Positions 7,267 through 9,961 of a stretch of 9,961 nt of DNA are shown in pieces. The notes under the pieces were generated by a model that saw only the letters and a list, made by a program, of their open reading frames with translations, had not been told where the DNA came from and made no database searches. Position 1 is the stretch's first letter. Every line of letters begins with the position of its first letter. Source of the stretch: Octopus sinensis (Eukaryota); the NCBI RefSeq assembly GCF_006345805.1, contig NW_021827722.1:1-9961 (forward strand). The letters run 5' to 3'. The position numbers and the translations under genes are program-made.

Positions 7267-7400
7267 ATATATATATATATTGTATACATACATATATCTG
7301 TGTGTTTATCTATCTATCTATCTATCTATCTCTTCCTCCCTCTCTGTCTGTCTGTCTCTCTCTCTGTTTATCTATCTCCCTTTCTCTGTCTTCTCCGTCT

Positions 7401-7442
<42 letters not shown>

Positions 7443-7500
7443 TATATTACGTGTATATTGTCGGGAAGTAGCTTATATATATATATATGCGTGTGTGTGT
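7209..7500. repeat. Compound microsatellite (TA)n/(TCTA)n/(TCTG)n/(TC)n
   Basis: Directly visible; it is the source of the ORFs 7197-7436, 7210-7506 and 7280-7471. Confidence 0.96.
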
Positions 7501-7529
7501 AATTAGTTTGCGTGTTTGTGTTAATTCAG

Positions 7530-7831
7530 CAGTGGAATGCCTGGGTGAGGAAATGCTTATGACTTTTATAGTCCTTGGAAGAATGATGAGATTTACTCGG
7601 CCGGTGTTAAGTTTGAACTGCAGAAGGTCGATAATGAAGCAAAAACATCGGCTGTGTTGGAAATAAAAGGAAGTTGTAGGAGACATGAATGTTCTTATGA
7701 GCCAAACAATTGGCAATAGAATATGAGTTTCTGACAGTGATGTTAGGGCCTATTCTAAGAGAGCAGCTTGGCAGGATAGTTCGAATCCAAGACATGAGAG
7801 ATTAATGATCACGGCTTGGGTGAGTAAACTA
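7530..7831 (+). other. Non-repetitive coding-like island; possibly a decayed LINE AP-endonuclease fragment or a non-coding exon
   Basis: Frame 1 reads ..DFYSPWKNDEIYSAGVKFELQKVDNEAKTSAVLEIK. After a one-base shift, frame 2 reads EVVGDMNVLMSQTIG..NPRHERLMITAW. The YSP..VVGDMN spacing loosely resembles the APE motifs YAP..GDFN. All frames contain stops. Confidence 0.25.
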
Positions 7832-8050
7832 TAATCTTACAAATGCCATGTAAAGCCAAAACTAGAGTTGTTCCGGATTTGTGTGTCGTTTTAGGTGATA
7901 AAAATAAGGGATAAGTTCTGTCTCGAACCCTTGTGCTGGTTTTCTGGTTTCTTTGACGTATATGTGAATGGGGTCACACCATTCCTCCTGAATGGGGGAG
8001 GGAGTCAGTCAGTCACTGTGTCACTAGTTTACAAATGAGTGTAAATATAT

Positions 8051-8143
8051 GTACTGGGGTCAATTTGCTCGATAAAATAACCCTTCAAGGCGGTGCCCCA
8101 GCATGGCCGTCTAATGGTTGAAACAACTAAAAGATAAAAGATA
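8051..8143 (+). mobile_element. SINE family 1 3' end fragment
   Basis: gtactggggtcaatttgctcgataaaataacccttcaaggcggtgccccagcatggccgtctaatggttgaaacaactaaaagataaaagata aligns with 121-225 and the reverse complement of 2569-2680. Confidence 0.85.
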
Positions 8144-8212
8144 CATGTATACAAATACACACACGCACGCACGCACACGCACACACGCACACACACACAC
8201 ACACACACAATA
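8144..8212. repeat. (CACG)n/(CA)n microsatellite
   Basis: Directly visible. Confidence 0.92.
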
Positions 8213-8454
8213 TATGCATATAGTGAATATATTGCTTGATCTGTTTAGAAATGTCTTTAGTCTGTTTAAAATTGTCCGTGCATGTATTTATATGTTTCTC
8301 ACTATTTCATTATTTTCTGAAGTGAATCCATTACAAGTCGTAGAAAAAGGGTTGGTAGGGCCGAAATGTGAACCCTGTTTTTTTTTTTTTTTGGCCCTTC
8401 AACACAGCAGATCCATAGACAGGTAATGGGGCGATACTGAGAGAGTAAGCAAGA

Positions 8455-8460
8455 CAGAGA

Positions 8461-8491
<31 letters not shown>

Positions 8492-8576
8492 AGAAGAGAG
8501 TGGGGGAGAGAGAGGGAGGGAGAGAGAGAGGGGGAGAGAGGGAGGGAGGGAGAGAGAGCGAGGGAGAGAGAGAGCT
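8455..8576. repeat. Polypurine (AG)n/(GGGA)n tract
   Basis: Directly visible; almost pure purine on the + strand. Confidence 0.95.
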
Positions 8577-8709
8577 TTTGTGTGTATCCGAGAGAAAGAG
8601 AGAGGTGTGGTTGATTCACTAAGCTTCTGACTCTGCAATCGACTTACCTACTTCTTCGAAATTGCTGGCCTTGTGCCAAAATTTGAAATCAAGATTAGTT
8701 ATTTAACTA

Positions 8710-8894
8710 CTGTATTTAACAAGCGTAAAAGACACATTGGCATATTAGACGCACCCAATTTCAGCAGACCCAGTTCGCGGACAGGACCCGAGGTGATTTT
8801 TAGAGACGTCATTCTTTTTTGTTTTTACTTAATTTTTCTTTTTTTTCTTTTTTTTTTTTGAAAAATGGTGCGTCTTATATGCCAGCGAATACGG
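8710..8894. mobile_element. pogo/Tigger-like MITE (~185 bp)
   Basis: Left end TA|ctgtattt..tggcatattagacgcacc (8738-8755). Right end ggtgcgtcttatatgcca (8867-8884) gcgaatacgg. The inner IR matches 17/18. The termini resemble the (TA)CCGTATTT..TATAAGACGCAC ends of pogo-type elements. The right TA is not intact (aa). Confidence 0.7.
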
Positions 8895-9029
8895 AAATAT
8901 TGAAGCAAAATTATAAAAAGTTGCGGAAATAGAAAAGAAAAGAAAACTGCGCCTGCTACACATAGACCGAGTAACAGGCATTCACAGGCAAACACAATGT
9001 GTCAAAGAATAAAGCAAAGGTAATCACGC

Positions 9030-9054
9030 ATATAATTACACTCACACACACACA

Positions 9055-9087
<33 letters not shown>

Positions 9088-9350
9088 TCGCATATACATA
9101 CACCCACATATATAAATGATATGGGTGGCTTATTAGCAATTTAACAATCTACATACACATACATACAATCATACATAAATATATACATATACATATATAT
9201 ATATATAGACATACATACATACATACTCATACATACATACATACAATACATACATACTACATACATACTATAAATACATATATGTATGTATATAGATAGT
9301 GTAGAAAAACATTCACATAAGCTAGGATTAATGCATATACACACATCACA
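9030..9350. repeat. (CA)n and (CATA)n compound microsatellite
   Basis: Directly visible; it is the source of ORF 9141-9344. Confidence 0.93.
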
Positions 9351-9539
9351 TACACAAGTGCACAGAGTCCATATATTTCACAGGTTAATAGATAATTTGG
9401 TTAATAAGTGATCTTTTGATATTCACAATAAGACCATATCTTTAGTCTTTTAAGACCTCTTAATGGAGGTTAATATCAGGGCTGATTATCGTCGGACTGA
9501 AAAACACACACCCAGTTGGCTATCAACCTTTCTTTAACA

Positions 9540-9928
9540 TATATCCGTATAAAATATATATCTCTGTATATGTATATACGTACGTATTTATGAATGTATG
9601 TATGTATGAATAGTTATGTATGTATGTATGTATGTATGTATGTATGTATGTATGTATGTATGTATGTATGTATGTATGTATAGTTATGTATGTATGTACG
9701 TATGTATGTCATTATTCAGTTTTATTTCAAGATTTCTTGGCAATAGAGAAAGAGACAGTTTCTAAACTACATCCATAGCTCCTCCATTGGAATTTCGACA
9801 TTAACACCAGGGAATTTTGTATGTATGTGTTTATGTATGTAATATATGCATGTATGTAAGTATGTAATGTATGAATGTATGTATGTATAGTATGTATGTA
9901 GTTAATATATATATATATATATATATAA
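9540..9928. repeat. (TATG)n and (TA)n arrays surrounding a ~108-bp non-simple island (9711-9818)
   Basis: Directly visible. The island resembles, from memory only, a frequent octopus interspersed repeat. Confidence 0.85.
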
Positions 9929-9961
9929 CGGGAAGCTTTATGAAAATAAACAAAGACGAAG

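Noticed and set aside
5370-7400. (TAGA)n block left of the mariner and (TCTA)n block to its right forming an apparent large inverted repeat
   Set aside because: Complementarity is limited to simple repeats that are abundant everywhere in this window; no unique sequence is mirrored.
7701-7800. AKQLAIEYEFLTVMLGPILREQLGR, vaguely adenylate-kinase-like
   Set aside because: It is bounded by stops, has no P-loop upstream and no good acceptor, and the key HxSxGD residues are absent.
9456-9538. Possible terminal exon DLLMEVNIRADYRRTEKHTPSWLSTFL*
   Set aside because: It is too short, has no recognisable homology and only a modest acceptor.
1-9961. CRISPR arrays, tRNA/rRNA genes, prokaryotic operons or defence systems
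   Set aside because: There is no repeat-spacer array; tRNA-like boxes occur only as degenerate SINE heads; the sequence organisation is plainly eukaryotic.

Overview
AT-rich, microsatellite-saturated eukaryotic DNA. The SINE, LINE and MITE sequences match my recollection of octopus (coleoid cephalopod) repeats, so this is most likely an intergenic or intronic Octopus region. That assignment is from memory, not a search. No intact host protein-coding gene is supportable, and most ORF-track entries are microsatellite or antisense artefacts. Well-supported content: (1) a near full-length but disabled DD34D mariner (5994-7208, 21-bp perfect TIRs, TA TSD, mellifera-like transposase); (2) a 5'-truncated CR1-group LINE 3' end (2848-3281, minus) with an uninterrupted frame; (3) six fragments of tRNA-type SINEs; (4) a mariner-derived MITE (1410-1591) and a pogo-like MITE (8710-8894); (5) a candidate further MITE (4292-4680); (6) a diverged tandem duplication with a 503-bp offset (527-1380). 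The most interesting signals are a 3' tail shared by the LINE and SINEs with a compensatorily changed hairpin, a CCAAT + RFX X-box promoter-like island at 3521-3741, a secreted-peptide-like frame at 4457-4642, and a possible horizontal origin of the mariner. I do not see firm evidence for a wholly new biological system.
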